The translations under genes were made by a program, and so were the position numbers. A DNA stretch of 47,958 nt from an uncultured Clostridia bacterium (GTDB lineage: Bacteria; Bacillota; Clostridia; Christensenellales; Borkfalkiaceae). Positions 1 to 8,475 of the stretch are shown here, piece after piece. The stretch lies in the NCBI GenBank assembly GCA_964515795.1, contig CAZEVL010000001.1:1-47958 (forward strand), given 5' to 3'. Every line of letters starts with the position of its first letter. The first letter of the stretch is position 1. A model generated the notes under the pieces. The model had not been told where the DNA came from. It did no database searches and worked only from the letters and a program-made list of their open reading frames with translations.

Positions 1-1560
1 CAATACTTTCGGTTTTCTGAGCAACGCTCTCGCAATGCAAAGACGTTGCTTTTGACCGCCGGAAACGTTCGTACCGCCCTGCTCGATATACGTATCGTAC
101 CCGTCGGGGAACGCGGAAACAAATTCGTCCGCCTGCGCCAATTTACAAACGCGGACAAGCTCTTCGTCCGTGGCGTTCTCGTCGCCCCAACGCAAATTTT
201 CTTTAATCGTACCGGAGAACAGAACGTTTTTCTGCAACACGACCGCGACCTCTCGTCTTAACACGTCCAAATCGTAATCCTTGACGTTGACGCCGCCGAC
301 GTATACGTTTCCTTCCGTTGCGTCGTATAAACGGGGCAACATCTGCACGAGCGACGTTTTCGACGAACCCGTTCCGCCCAAAATACCCACCGTTTCGCCC
401 GAACGAATCTCCAAATCGATATCGGATAACGCGAATTTATTCGCTTCGGCGGAATATTTGAAGCTTACGTGGTCGAAACGAATCGACCCGTCTTTTACTT
501 CCTTCACGCCGTTTTCCGGGCTGGTCAAGTCGGATTCTTGCGTCAACACTTCGCCGATACGACGAGCGGACTCCAACGACATCGACAACATAACGAAAAT
601 CATCGAGAACATCATAAGGCAGGACAACATCTGCACGCCGTAAGAAATCAGCGCAGAAAGTTCCCCTTTGCCGAATCCGTTAAATGCCGCCCACTCCCAG
701 CCTTTGGCTCCGATGATGGCGTACGCCGCAAACGCAGAAATCAAAATCGACGCGAAATTGATAAAGAAATTCATAATCGGCGTGTTCAAAGCCAAAACTT
801 TCTCCGCTTTCGTAAAGTCTTTTCTGACTTCTTTTGCCGCTTTATCGAATTTTTCCGTTTCAAAATCTTCTCTCACGAAAGATTTTACCACACGAATGCC
901 CGATACGTTTTCCTGCACGGAATTGTTCAATGCGTCGTACTTCTTGAATATACGTTGGAAGAACGGCATAACGAAACGCATCAACGCCAACAAAATCACC
1001 GCGAGGAACGGAACGATCGCCAAGAATATCCAAGCGAGTTTCGGATTGATCGTGAAGCTCATAATAATCGCAAACAAGAACTGCAACGGAACTCGAATGA
1101 CGATACGCAAACACATTTGATAGGATTGTTGCACGTTTGTAACGTCCGTCGTCAATCTCGTCACCAACGAAGACGAAGAGAATTTATCCACGTTCGCAAA
1201 CGAAAACTTCTGCACTTTGTAGAACAAATCGTGACGAAGATTGCGCGCAAAACCGCAACTTGCCGTAGCGGCGAATTTCCCTGCGAGCGCGCCGCTGAGC
1301 AACGAGCATATCGCAAGTCCCAACAAAATCGCGCCGTACTTCAAAATGGTCTGCATCATCACCGAGTTTTCGAGCGAACCGACTTCCTGCGGATCGATCG
1401 CGCTGATGAGCTGCGCCATAAAGAACGGCAACAAGCATTCGCAAAACGCTTCCAACGCCATAAATATCGGCGTAATCAAGGAAGGCTTTTTGAATTCTCT
1501 TACGCTTTTTAGCAACGGTCGCACCGTTCCGCCAAGCGTAACCTTTTCCTTTTTCGACAT
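1..1560 (-). CDS. ABC exporter, fused permease + ATP-binding subunit. Its C-terminal end lies left of the window.
   Basis: Not in the ORF track because its stop is outside the window. Read by hand, the minus frame aligned to 1560 has no stop over all 520 codons. ATG at 1560-1558 (MSKKEKVTLGG...). P-loop-like GILGGTGSSKTS. ABC signature VSGGQKQRLCIARALL at the left edge. Confidence 0.85.
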   Translation of the reverse strand, partial: MSKKEKVTLGGTVRPLLKSVREFKKPSLITPIFMALEAFCECLLPFFMAQLISAIDPQEVGSLENSVMMQTILKYGAILLGLAICSLLSGALAGKFAATASCGFARNLRHDLFYKVQKFSFANVDKFSSSSLVTRLTTDVTNVQQSYQMCLRIVIRVPLQFLFAIIMSFTINPKLAWIFLAIVPFLAVILLALMRFVMPFFQRIFKKYDALNNSVQENVSGIRVVKSFVREDFETEKFDKAAKEVRKDFTKAEKVLALNTPIMNFFINFASILISAFAAYAIIGAKGWEWAAFNGFGKGELSALISYGVQMLSCLMMFSMIFVMLSMSLESARRIGEVLTQESDLTSPENGVKEVKDGSIRFDHVSFKYSAEANKFALSDIDLEIRSGETVGILGGTGSSKTSLVQMLPRLYDATEGNVYVGGVNVKDYDLDVLRREVAVVLQKNVLFSGTIKENLRWGDENATDEELVRVCKLAQADEFVSAFPDGYDTYIEQGGTNVSGGQKQRLCIARALLRKPKVL

Positions 1561-1596
1561 TTCTCTATTACCTCTATATTAAAAATTATACTTCAT

Positions 1597-1625
1597 ATTG
1601 TATTCTTTTCCTCCGAAAAAGTCAA
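1597..1625 (-). promoter_or_regulatory. sigma-A-type promoter for the left-edge ABC exporter
   Basis: Minus strand reads TTGACT, a 17-nt spacer, then TACAAT, about 35 nt upstream of the ATG at 1560. Confidence 0.5.
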
Positions 1626-1817
1626 CCGTTTCAAAAGGAATATCCGAGCTTTCACACAACTTTCATTTTTCGAAACGTCATCGTTTTGCCCTTCTATAAA
1701 CCTCTTATTTCGCCACGCTTCCGACATATATTTCCCCGTTCGTTTTTCCGAATCGTTTCCTCACTTCGGGCTTTTCAAGAGCGGTTGAATATCGTTTTCA
1801 AAGTTGCTCCCTCGGGA

Positions 1818-4052
1818 TTAAAAAGCGCGTTCCTTTTTGCACGTAAAATACAAAATTTGATACCGTCCCGAAAGCTCTTTCAAAAGTTTTTTCGCCTTTT
1901 CCGTCTTTTTATCGTCCAAATTGGCAAACGGATCGTCTAAAATCAGCGTCGGCGGCTCTTTCACGAAAACCGCTTCCGCAAGCGACAATCGCGTACAAAA
2001 GCCTATCAGTTCTTTCCAACCCGCACTGTAATACTCCGTTTCGCGAAGCGTGCCGTTCTCTTCGAAAAACGCCGCGCCGTCCGCGGCAAATCGTATAATC
2101 TCGGAGTCCGCCCCCAACGAAAGCAGATACTTTTCGCAAGACTTTCCGACAGGGTCCAAATATCGCGTCGCCATGTTCTCTTTCGCACGAAGCAAAAACT
2201 TCTTCGCTTCCCGAACGGCATAAAGTTTCTTTTCCAAACGTGTTTTTTCTTCCGTCAAACGGCTCGTTTCCGCGTCCAAATCTTCTGTTTTCGACTTTTT
2301 CTCATACTCCTCCGCCTGTGCGGAAAGCCGAGCACGAATCGACAACAATTCGTCGCGTTTTCGTTCTTCCGCCTTTCGAGCCTCTTTGAATCGCTCCGAA
2401 TCCGCCTCTTGCAAGCGTTCCCTCGCACCGAGCACGTCCGCGTTTTCCGACGTCAACGCACGAAGTTTTTCCTCGCATCGCGCCATTTCCTGCGTCAGAC
2501 GAATTTTCGTTTCCGCATTGTCGCGCAACGTCGCCAACGATACCCGATAATCGTATATCTCTTCGAAACGAAAATTTTGCAAAAATCGTACGATTGCTTT
2601 TTCCAAACCGTCTGCACGCGTTTTTTTCTCCTCGTGCGCCGCGGAAAGCGTAGCGCGAGAAGTTTCCAAGTCCGCAGGAAAGCTCTCCAAGCGTTTCCTC
2701 AACCCCGCAAGCTCCCCCTCCGCCTGTTGATATTCTATCATCGAAGTAAGCTCTACGTCGTCGCCGTTATCCCTGCTCCGTTTGGCAGGCAACGCATTAA
2801 AGAAGGAAACCGCCAAAATCAACGCACCGACACCGAGCAACAAATACCCGAGCACGGCAAAATCGGTCGAAGATAAAATCCCGCCGCCGATCACGGCAGC
2901 CAGCGCAAAAAACAAAAACAAACCGAAAAATTTAGACTTCTTTCTTTCCCGTCCGTGTCGTTTTTCCGATTTTCGCGACTGTCGCTCGTTCTCCTGCGCC
3001 CAGCCCTGTTTGCAGGCGGAAAGCGTTTGTTCCAACTGCGAAACGCGCGCCGAAGTCGTGGCGAGTTCCCGCGACTGACTTTCCGCTTTATACAGCCGTT
3101 CCTCCAAATCGGAAAGTTCTTTTTTTAACGTATAAAATTCGGTGATTGCCGTTTGCACCCCCTGCAAATTCACCGTTCCCGGATCGATTTCTCCGAAAAA
3201 CAACTGCATTTTCGACAATTCGACCTGCAACGCGTTTTTTTGCGATTGCAATTCCGCATACAGCTCCTGTTTCGACGCCAATTCGTTTTGCCGACTGATT
3301 TGTTCGAGAGAGGCGTCCAACCCCTTCAAACGTTCTCCGCAGGCGTGAAGCTCCGACGTAACCTGCCGCCGTTCCTCTTCCGTTTTCGTAAACAACGTGC
3401 CGTATTCTTCGCAGGCGGCTCTTTCCCGAGCAAGCGAATCCAACCGCTCGTCGATCTCGTCGAGCTTACCTTTCGCAGGACGGCGTTTCGCTCGAAGAGA
3501 ACGCTCTGCGACGTCCAAACGTTCCATGGCGCGTTCCGCTCCGTTATCGTCCGCTCCGCCGTTGCCGAGCAACGACAATAAACGATTCTTCATATCGTCG
3601 GGCAATCCGCCCGTCTGCACCGCTCCTTGCGGAATATACACGCTTCTTTGATAACTTTCCCTGTCCACGCCGAACAAAATATCGCCGAGGCGTTCCGCTT
3701 TGTCCCCGAACTCATACGTTTGCATATTGTTTTCGTCGTAAACACGGACGGCGTCGGAAGCCGCCGTTTTGCCGAAAGAACGTTCGATACGATATTGCTT
3801 CTCCCGATAAGAAAAAACCAAAGAACCGCCGAACACGTTGCCGTGCCACGGCTCGTATTTCATACGTTCGTTCGCGCCGACGGATTTTCCTCTGCCGTTA
3901 TCCATACCGTACAACATACATTTCAAAAAGTCGGCAAGCGTGGTTTTTCCCCAACCGTTATCCTCTTTCAATACCGTCAAATCGGCACGGAAATCGAACG
4001 ACCTGCCTACAAGCTTTCCAAAACCTGCGACGTAACAAGAAATCAGCCTCAT
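1818..4052 (-). CDS. SMC/Rad50-like AAA ATPase (YhaN/SbcE-like) with a central two-helix membrane hairpin
   Basis: 744-aa ORF. N-terminal P-loop NGWGKTTL. Long heptad-like E/K/L/Q-rich middle. C-terminal Walker B/D-loop LILDDPFANLD. Hydrophobic FFGLFLFFALAAVIGGGILS and FAVLGYLLLGVGALILAVSFF at aa 375-419. ATGA overlap with the upstream phosphoesterase gene. Confidence 0.8.
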   Translation of the reverse strand: MRLISCYVAGFGKLVGRSFDFRADLTVLKEDNGWGKTTLADFLKCMLYGMDNGRGKSVGANERMKYEPWHGNVFGGSLVFSYREKQYRIERSFGKTAASDAVRVYDENNMQTYEFGDKAERLGDILFGVDRESYQRSVYIPQGAVQTGGLPDDMKNRLLSLLGNGGADDNGAERAMERLDVAERSLRAKRRPAKGKLDEIDERLDSLARERAACEEYGTLFTKTEEERRQVTSELHACGERLKGLDASLEQISRQNELASKQELYAELQSQKNALQVELSKMQLFFGEIDPGTVNLQGVQTAITEFYTLKKELSDLEERLYKAESQSRELATTSARVSQLEQTLSACKQGWAQENERQSRKSEKRHGRERKKSKFFGLFLFFALAAVIGGGILSSTDFAVLGYLLLGVGALILAVSFFNALPAKRSRDNGDDVELTSMIEYQQAEGELAGLRKRLESFPADLETSRATLSAAHEEKKTRADGLEKAIVRFLQNFRFEEIYDYRVSLATLRDNAETKIRLTQEMARCEEKLRALTSENADVLGARERLQEADSERFKEARKAEERKRDELLSIRARLSAQAEEYEKKSKTEDLDAETSRLTEEKTRLEKKLYAVREAKKFLLRAKENMATRYLDPVGKSCEKYLLSLGADSEIIRFAADGAAFFEENGTLRETEYYSAGWKELIGFCTRLSLAEAVFVKEPPTLILDDPFANLDDKKTEKAKKLLKELSGRYQILYFTCKKERAF

Positions 4053-5128
4053 AAATCGATCTCCTCCCCGGCGAGCGCCTTTAATCCGATATCGAGGATA
4101 TCCGCACGCAACGCCTCGTTCATCTCACACCTGCCCACCTCTCTTACAAATTCTCCGCGTTCGGAAAGGTCGTTTTGATACTCCGTGTAATCGATATACA
4201 ACGAGGACTCGTCCTCTACTTTCGCAAAGAAAAAATGCTCGTTCAAACGATGGGACAGCATTGAAAGATCCTTTCTAAGCCCTGCCCGATATTTTCCGCA
4301 CAGAACCACCTTGACGATATTCGCCCCCGACACGTCGACAAGACTCTGCGCAACCGCGCGTTCCACGTCGTAATACGTATTGCAATAGCTGATATCCGCA
4401 CGAACTTCGCACACCGAACGTTTCGCTACGGACAGAAACGCCTCGGAAACCAGTTGCCCGTTTCGGATCTCCAACAGAAAAAAGCCCCTATTACCGCACT
4501 CGTCAAAGCCTCTGCCGACCAAGCAACCGCAATAGCGATACTTACCGCGCGCGTCCAAGTTTTCGCATTTTTGCATCGGTTTATGAATATGTCCCAACGC
4601 CAAATAATCGATATGCTTATTTTGCAATTTCGATAAACAAATACCTGCCCCCTTCTTTTCCTTGCTTATCTCCCCGTGCAGCAAAACGATATTATACGAA
4701 TCTTTTCGCAAGGACAGTGCAGACAATTTCTCCTCGTCCATAAATTTGGCGTCCATGCCGGACACGGTGACGCCCTCGGACAAATCGTAGCTCCCCCAGC
4801 CGTGATTGTGCGTAAACGTATACAAATTACTCGGCAACAAATCCGTTGCGGAAAATTCGTCGTCGTGATTCCCCGAAACGTAGAAAAACGCCACGGGCGC
4901 AGCCGAATGGATAATCGAAAACACTTCCCGTTTCAATTCTGCGGAAACCTTGTTTTCGTCAAACAAATCCCCCGAAATCAACACGGCGCGCACGCCGTTC
5001 TCCTTGGCATACACGCTGAGGCTTCTAAACGCGTCTACGATTTCGCGCTTCCGCACCGCGGCTTTATCCGGAGGCAAACTACGCATTGCAGCCCCCAAAT
5101 GCAAATCGCCCGTATGTATTATTTTCAT
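4049..5128 (-). CDS. Mre11/SbcD-like metallophosphoesterase (YhaO-like DNA-repair exonuclease)
   Basis: 359-aa ORF. Calcineurin-type motifs: HTGDLHLG, SGDLFDE, GNHD, and LLHG followed by GHIH. AAGGAG RBS upstream. 4-nt overlap with the downstream ATPase. Confidence 0.85.
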   Translation of the reverse strand: MKIIHTGDLHLGAAMRSLPPDKAAVRKREIVDAFRSLSVYAKENGVRAVLISGDLFDENKVSAELKREVFSIIHSAAPVAFFYVSGNHDDEFSATDLLPSNLYTFTHNHGWGSYDLSEGVTVSGMDAKFMDEEKLSALSLRKDSYNIVLLHGEISKEKKGAGICLSKLQNKHIDYLALGHIHKPMQKCENLDARGKYRYCGCLVGRGFDECGNRGFFLLEIRNGQLVSEAFLSVAKRSVCEVRADISYCNTYYDVERAVAQSLVDVSGANIVKVVLCGKYRAGLRKDLSMLSHRLNEHFFFAKVEDESSLYIDYTEYQNDLSERGEFVREVGRCEMNEALRADILDIGLKALAGEEIDL

Positions 5129-5154
5129 AAGACGCTCCTTTTCGTTTTTTTAAC

Positions 5155-5184
5155 AGTATACCATATTTTTCGACAAAAGTAAAC
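5155..5184 (-). promoter_or_regulatory. sigma-A-type promoter of the yhaO/yhaN-like pair
   Basis: Minus strand reads GTTTACTTTTGTC (containing -35 TTTACT), a 17-nt spacer, then TGgTATACT (extended -10), about 27 nt before the ATG at 5128. Confidence 0.5.
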
Positions 5185-5220
5185 GTTTTGCAAAAATTTG
5201 TTCGCATGTTTCGACGAAAA

Positions 5221-5256
5221 AAACGATAAAAAAGAAGAACGGCGATTCCGCCGTTC
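5221..5256 (-). terminator. Rho-independent terminator of cls
   Basis: Stem GAACGGCG/CGCCGTTC with a 4-nt loop (5237-5256). On the minus strand it is followed by TTCTTTTTTATCGTTT. Confidence 0.7.
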
Positions 5257-5266
5257 AAATCCTTAT

Positions 5267-5305
5267 CCGTGTACGACTTAAAGTTTTTTTTATTCGTACA
5301 CGGTA
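5267..5305. repeat. Inverted pair of repeat-family box L (CCGTGTACGA, 17 nt, TCGTACACGG)
   Basis: Perfect 10-bp inverted repeat with an AT-rich 17-nt spacer, lying between the cls stop and its terminator. Each arm matches box L of the repeats at 7958 and 40787. Confidence 0.6.
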
Positions 5306-5316
5306 GTCCCGTTTTT

Positions 5317-6921
5317 TTATAGCAACGTTTCTATTAAATGCAAAATGCTGTCCACAAGTTTACCGACTAAGCCCCGTTTCGGATACCTCGGCGTGCATTC
5401 CTTCGATAAAGCAAACGTTTCCTCGCAGTCGCGTTTCAACGCCTGCACGGCTTCACAGCCTGAAAAATACACGGCGTTTTCAAAATGCAGATACAAACTT
5501 CTGTAATCGAAATTGATCGTACCGACAACCGCACTCTCCTCGTCGCAAAGCAAACTTTTCGCGTGGATAAAACCCGGGGTATATTCATAAATACGGACGC
5601 CGGCATTCAGCAACGATTCGTAATTCGCACGCGTAACGCGATAAATAAGCTTTTTATCGGGAATGCCGGGCGTAACGATCCGCACGTCCACACCGCGCAT
5701 CGCCGCATTGCAAAGTTCTGCCCGAAGACAATCGTCCAACACCAAATACGGAGTGAATACGTATACGGACTTCTGCGCGCGCGCAATCATATCCGCATAC
5801 ACGCTTTCCCCGACGCGCAACCGATCGAGCGGAGAATCGTCAAAAGGCTGAATACGCAACGCCGTTTCGCTCGGCAAAGGCTGTTCGTCCTTCAAAGGCA
5901 ATAAATATTCCGTCAAATCTTCCTTATCCTTGCGAAAAGCGTTCCACAAATTAAAGAACATTTCCACAAACGAATTGACGGCGCCGCCGGTAACGCGCAA
6001 CCCGGAATCTTTCCAATAACCGAATCGAGGCAACTCCGCAATATATTCGTCCGCGAGGTTTACGCCGCCCGTAAAACCGACTTTTCCGTCAATCACCAGC
6101 AATTTCCTATGGTCGCGATTGTTCATACGCACGGCGAATAACGGCACGATTTCGTTAAAAGTCATACACTTTATGTTTTCGTGCAAGGATTCCAAATACT
6201 TGTCGTACTTCGGCGGCAAGGTCATCATACAGCCGAAATCGTCGTAAAGAATACGCACCTGTACGCCCTGCATCGCTTTTTCCAACAACAGTTTCAAAAT
6301 CGATCCCCACATTTTACCGCTGTCGATAATGAAATATTCCACCAAAATATACTTTTCCGCTTTCTTCAACTCGGCGAGCATCGCGGGGAACATCTCCTCG
6401 CCGCTCTTATAATACTCAACCGTTCCGTCCGTGTACAAAGGATACTCGGCATGCCGTTCCAAATACGAGCAAACGGAATCCGATCGGCTTTCCGAAAACG
6501 TACGATCGGTTTTAGGCAAAACCGATTGTATCTGTGTACGATTTTCCGCTTTCGCGCCTTGAATCTTTTCGTTAATTTTCCTAGTCGGTCGTCCCTCTCC
6601 GTAAAAAAGATACATGGGAACGCCGAATACAGGAAACACCAAAATCAGCAAAATCCACGCTATTTTCGAAGAGGAAGCGGCGTCCTTGTTCGAAATATAC
6701 AACACAAACAAAACGGACAAAACCGAAATGACCGCCTGAACGCCGAACGCAGCCGCGGAATCGTACGCAATCAACTTAATCAACAAAACGCCGCAGACAA
6801 GCTGCAACAAGACCATCAGCATATACAAGAAAAAACGGTTGTATAAATATATCTTATAACTTCTATCGTTGGACAATGTCCGTTCGATAGCTCTCTTTTT
6901 TCGTTCGCTCAATTTTTTCAT
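5317..6921 (-). CDS. cls: Cardiolipin synthase
   Basis: 534 aa. N-terminal TM helices. Two HKD motifs: HRKLLVIDGKVGFTGGVN and HAKSLLCDEESAVVGTINFD. Confidence 0.9.
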   Translation of the reverse strand: MKKLSERKKRAIERTLSNDRSYKIYLYNRFFLYMLMVLLQLVCGVLLIKLIAYDSAAAFGVQAVISVLSVLFVLYISNKDAASSSKIAWILLILVFPVFGVPMYLFYGEGRPTRKINEKIQGAKAENRTQIQSVLPKTDRTFSESRSDSVCSYLERHAEYPLYTDGTVEYYKSGEEMFPAMLAELKKAEKYILVEYFIIDSGKMWGSILKLLLEKAMQGVQVRILYDDFGCMMTLPPKYDKYLESLHENIKCMTFNEIVPLFAVRMNNRDHRKLLVIDGKVGFTGGVNLADEYIAELPRFGYWKDSGLRVTGGAVNSFVEMFFNLWNAFRKDKEDLTEYLLPLKDEQPLPSETALRIQPFDDSPLDRLRVGESVYADMIARAQKSVYVFTPYLVLDDCLRAELCNAAMRGVDVRIVTPGIPDKKLIYRVTRANYESLLNAGVRIYEYTPGFIHAKSLLCDEESAVVGTINFDYRSLYLHFENAVYFSGCEAVQALKRDCEETFALSKECTPRYPKRGLVGKLVDSILHLIETLL

Positions 6922-6998
6922 CGTCTATTCCTTCGCTTACGTAACATACTTCCTTATTATATAATTATATGCAGGATTCTTATGACTTTTTCAACAGT

Positions 6999-7027
6999 AT
7001 TTTAGCAATTTTTTTATTGTTTGTCAA
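6999..7027 (-). promoter_or_regulatory. sigma-A-type promoter of cls
   Basis: Minus strand reads TTGACA, a 17-nt spacer, then TGcTAAAAT. Confidence 0.5.
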
Positions 7028-7128
7028 ATTTTTTCTCGTTAACTTCTTAACGACTGTATGAAAGTTTCGTGAAAACTCCTATAACTTCCGAAAAAATAAA
7101 ATTTTTTCATTTTTTTCCAAAAAAACTA

Positions 7129-7157
7129 TTGACAAACGGGGGAAATTATATTATACT
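7129..7157 (+). promoter_or_regulatory. sigma-A-type promoter of rubrerythrin, with an upstream A/T tract
   Basis: TTGACA (7129-7134), a 17-nt spacer, TATACT (7152-7157). An A/T-rich UP-like tract lies at 7090-7126. Confidence 0.65.
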
Positions 7158-7204
7158 ATATATACTTAATAAAACTAAGTCCTAATAAGAAAAAGAGGTT
7201 GATT

Positions 7205-7846
7205 ATGAAAAAATTCGAATGCAAAATTTGTCACTACGTACACGAAGGCGATTCCGCCCCCGAAGTTTGCCCCGTATGTCATCAAGCCAATCAATTCGTT
7301 GAAAAACAAGGGTTGAAGGGCAGCAAAACGGAAGCGAATTTGCAAACCGCTTTCGCAGGGGAATCGCAAGCGAGAAACAAATACACCTATTTCGCAAGCA
7401 AAGCAAGAAAAGAAGGCTTTGTACAAATCGCGGCGATTTTTGAAGAAACCGCTAAAAACGAACAGGAACACGCAAAAATCTGGTTCAAACTTTTGAACGG
7501 CGGCGATATCTCTTCCACGGCAGAAAACCTTCTCGCTGCGGCTGAAGGCGAAAACTTCGAATGGACGGATATGTATGCGGAATTTGCCGTAACTGCTCGC
7601 GAAGAGGGATTCGAGGACATCGCAAAGTTGTTCGAAGGCGTGGCGGCTATCGAAAAAGAACACGAAGAAAGATACAGAAAGCTCCTTGCGAACGTCAAAG
7701 GCGACCTCGTATTCTCCAAAGAAGGCGACGCCGTATGGCAATGCTCCAACTGCGGTCATATCGTAGTCGGTAAGAAAGCACCGCACGTATGCCCTATTTG
7801 CGCACACCCTCAGGCATATTTCCAGGTAAGAGCGGAAAATTATTAA
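7205..7846 (+). CDS. rbr: Rubrerythrin with rubredoxin-like CxxC...CxxC domains at both termini
   Basis: AGAGG RBS 6 nt before the ATG at 7205; the track starts at the TTG at 7199. N-terminal CKIC...CPVC. Di-iron four-helix motifs [22 protein letters not shown] and EKEHEERY. C-terminal CSNC...CPIC. Confidence 0.9.
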   Translation: MKKFECKICHYVHEGDSAPEVCPVCHQANQFVEKQGLKGSKTEANLQTAFAGESQARNKYTYFASKARKEGFVQIAAIFEETAKNEQEHAKIWFKLLNGGDISSTAENLLAAAEGENFEWTDMYAEFAVTAREEGFEDIAKLFEGVAAIEKEHEERYRKLLANVKGDLVFSKEGDAVWQCSNCGHIVVGKKAPHVCPICAHPQAYFQVRAENY

Positions 7847-7920
7847 TCTGCCAAAAATTTCATAAAGTAATATTTACAATTTTATTTCTTGGCAGCCCCT
7901 ATTTTGCCAAGATCCTCCAC

Positions 7921-7952
7921 AAAACAGTCCGTCGGATTCGACGGACTGTTTT
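7921..7952 (+). terminator. Rho-independent terminator of rbr
   Basis: Perfect 14-bp stem AAAACAGTCCGTCG/CGACGGACTGTTTT with loop GATT, ending in a T run. A second 7-bp hairpin lies at 7888-7911. Confidence 0.75.
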
Positions 7953-7957
7953 ATTTA

Positions 7958-7998
7958 CGTACACGGTATAGTCGTTTTCATCTCAACGCATACCTGCC
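7958..7998 (+). repeat. Two-box intergenic repeat, copy B (CGTACACGGTA-N14-TCAACGCATACCTGCC)
   Basis: Matches the copy at 40787-40827: 11/11 in box L, 16/17 in box R, identical spacing. It lies between the convergent rbr and trxA terminators. Confidence 0.8.
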
Positions 7999-8003
7999 TT
8001 AGT

Positions 8004-8067
8004 AAAAAAACGGAACAAAACGTACCCCTTCCGACATTTAGAACGTCGAAACGAACATTTTGTTCCG
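8004..8067 (-). terminator. Long-hairpin terminator of trxA
   Basis: CGGAACAAAACG (8011-8022) pairs with CATTTTGTTCCG (8056-8067). On the minus strand it is followed by TTTTTTT. Confidence 0.6.
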
Positions 8068-8090
8068 CCCACGGCTTTATACCGTCTACG

Positions 8091-8405
8091 TTACAAATTC
8101 TTTTCCACAAACGCTTCCAAAACCGCTTGCGGAACAAACCCGAGACTGCTGTCCGCAACGTTTTCGCCCTTCAACGCCAAAACGTTGGGTATGGAAGAAA
8201 TACCATATTTTTGTGCGACTTCTTCTTCCTCGTCCACGTCGATTTTTACAAAAATCGCCTTGTCGGCATAAGCGTCGGACACTTCTTCGAACACGGGTGC
8301 CAACATTCTGCAAGGTCCGCACCACGTTGCCCAAAAATCACAAAATACCGTCTTGTCGCCTTTTAACAATTCTTCCAGCTCTTTCGCCGTTACGTGTTTT
8401 ACCAT
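8091..8405 (-). CDS. trxA: Thioredoxin
   Basis: 104 aa with active site WATWCGPC. Confidence 0.95.
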   Translation of the reverse strand: MVKHVTAKELEELLKGDKTVFCDFWATWCGPCRMLAPVFEEVSDAYADKAIFVKIDVDEEEEVAQKYGISSIPNVLALKGENVADSSLGFVPQAVLEAFVEKNL

Positions 8406-8475
8406 AATTTTTTCTCCATAGTAGTATTATTCTTGATATTCGGCTTAAATATACGTTCCGTATCGAAACGCAAGC

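Noticed and set aside
1593-1727. 44-codon minus-strand uORF (MSEAWRNKRFIEGQ...) upstream of the left-edge ABC exporter. It is reminiscent of leader-peptide attenuation such as bmrB-bmrCD.
   Set aside because: Its 3' end runs through a near-consensus TTGACT-17-TACAAT promoter that would start transcription downstream of most of the uORF. No promoter is visible upstream of it, and no alternative terminator/antiterminator structures were found.
5169-5175. Spo0A-box-like TGTCGAA (minus strand) in the spacer of the yhaO-like promoter.
   Set aside because: It is a single 7-mer, expected by chance at this sequence length, with no second box.
6959-6970. Perfect palindrome ATATAATTATAT as a possible PerR/Fur box for rubrerythrin.
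   Set aside because: It lies about 170 nt upstream of the rbr promoter, inside the cls leader. It does not fit the 7-1-7 TTATAATNATTATAA pattern. AT-only palindromes are expected by chance in AT-rich spacers.
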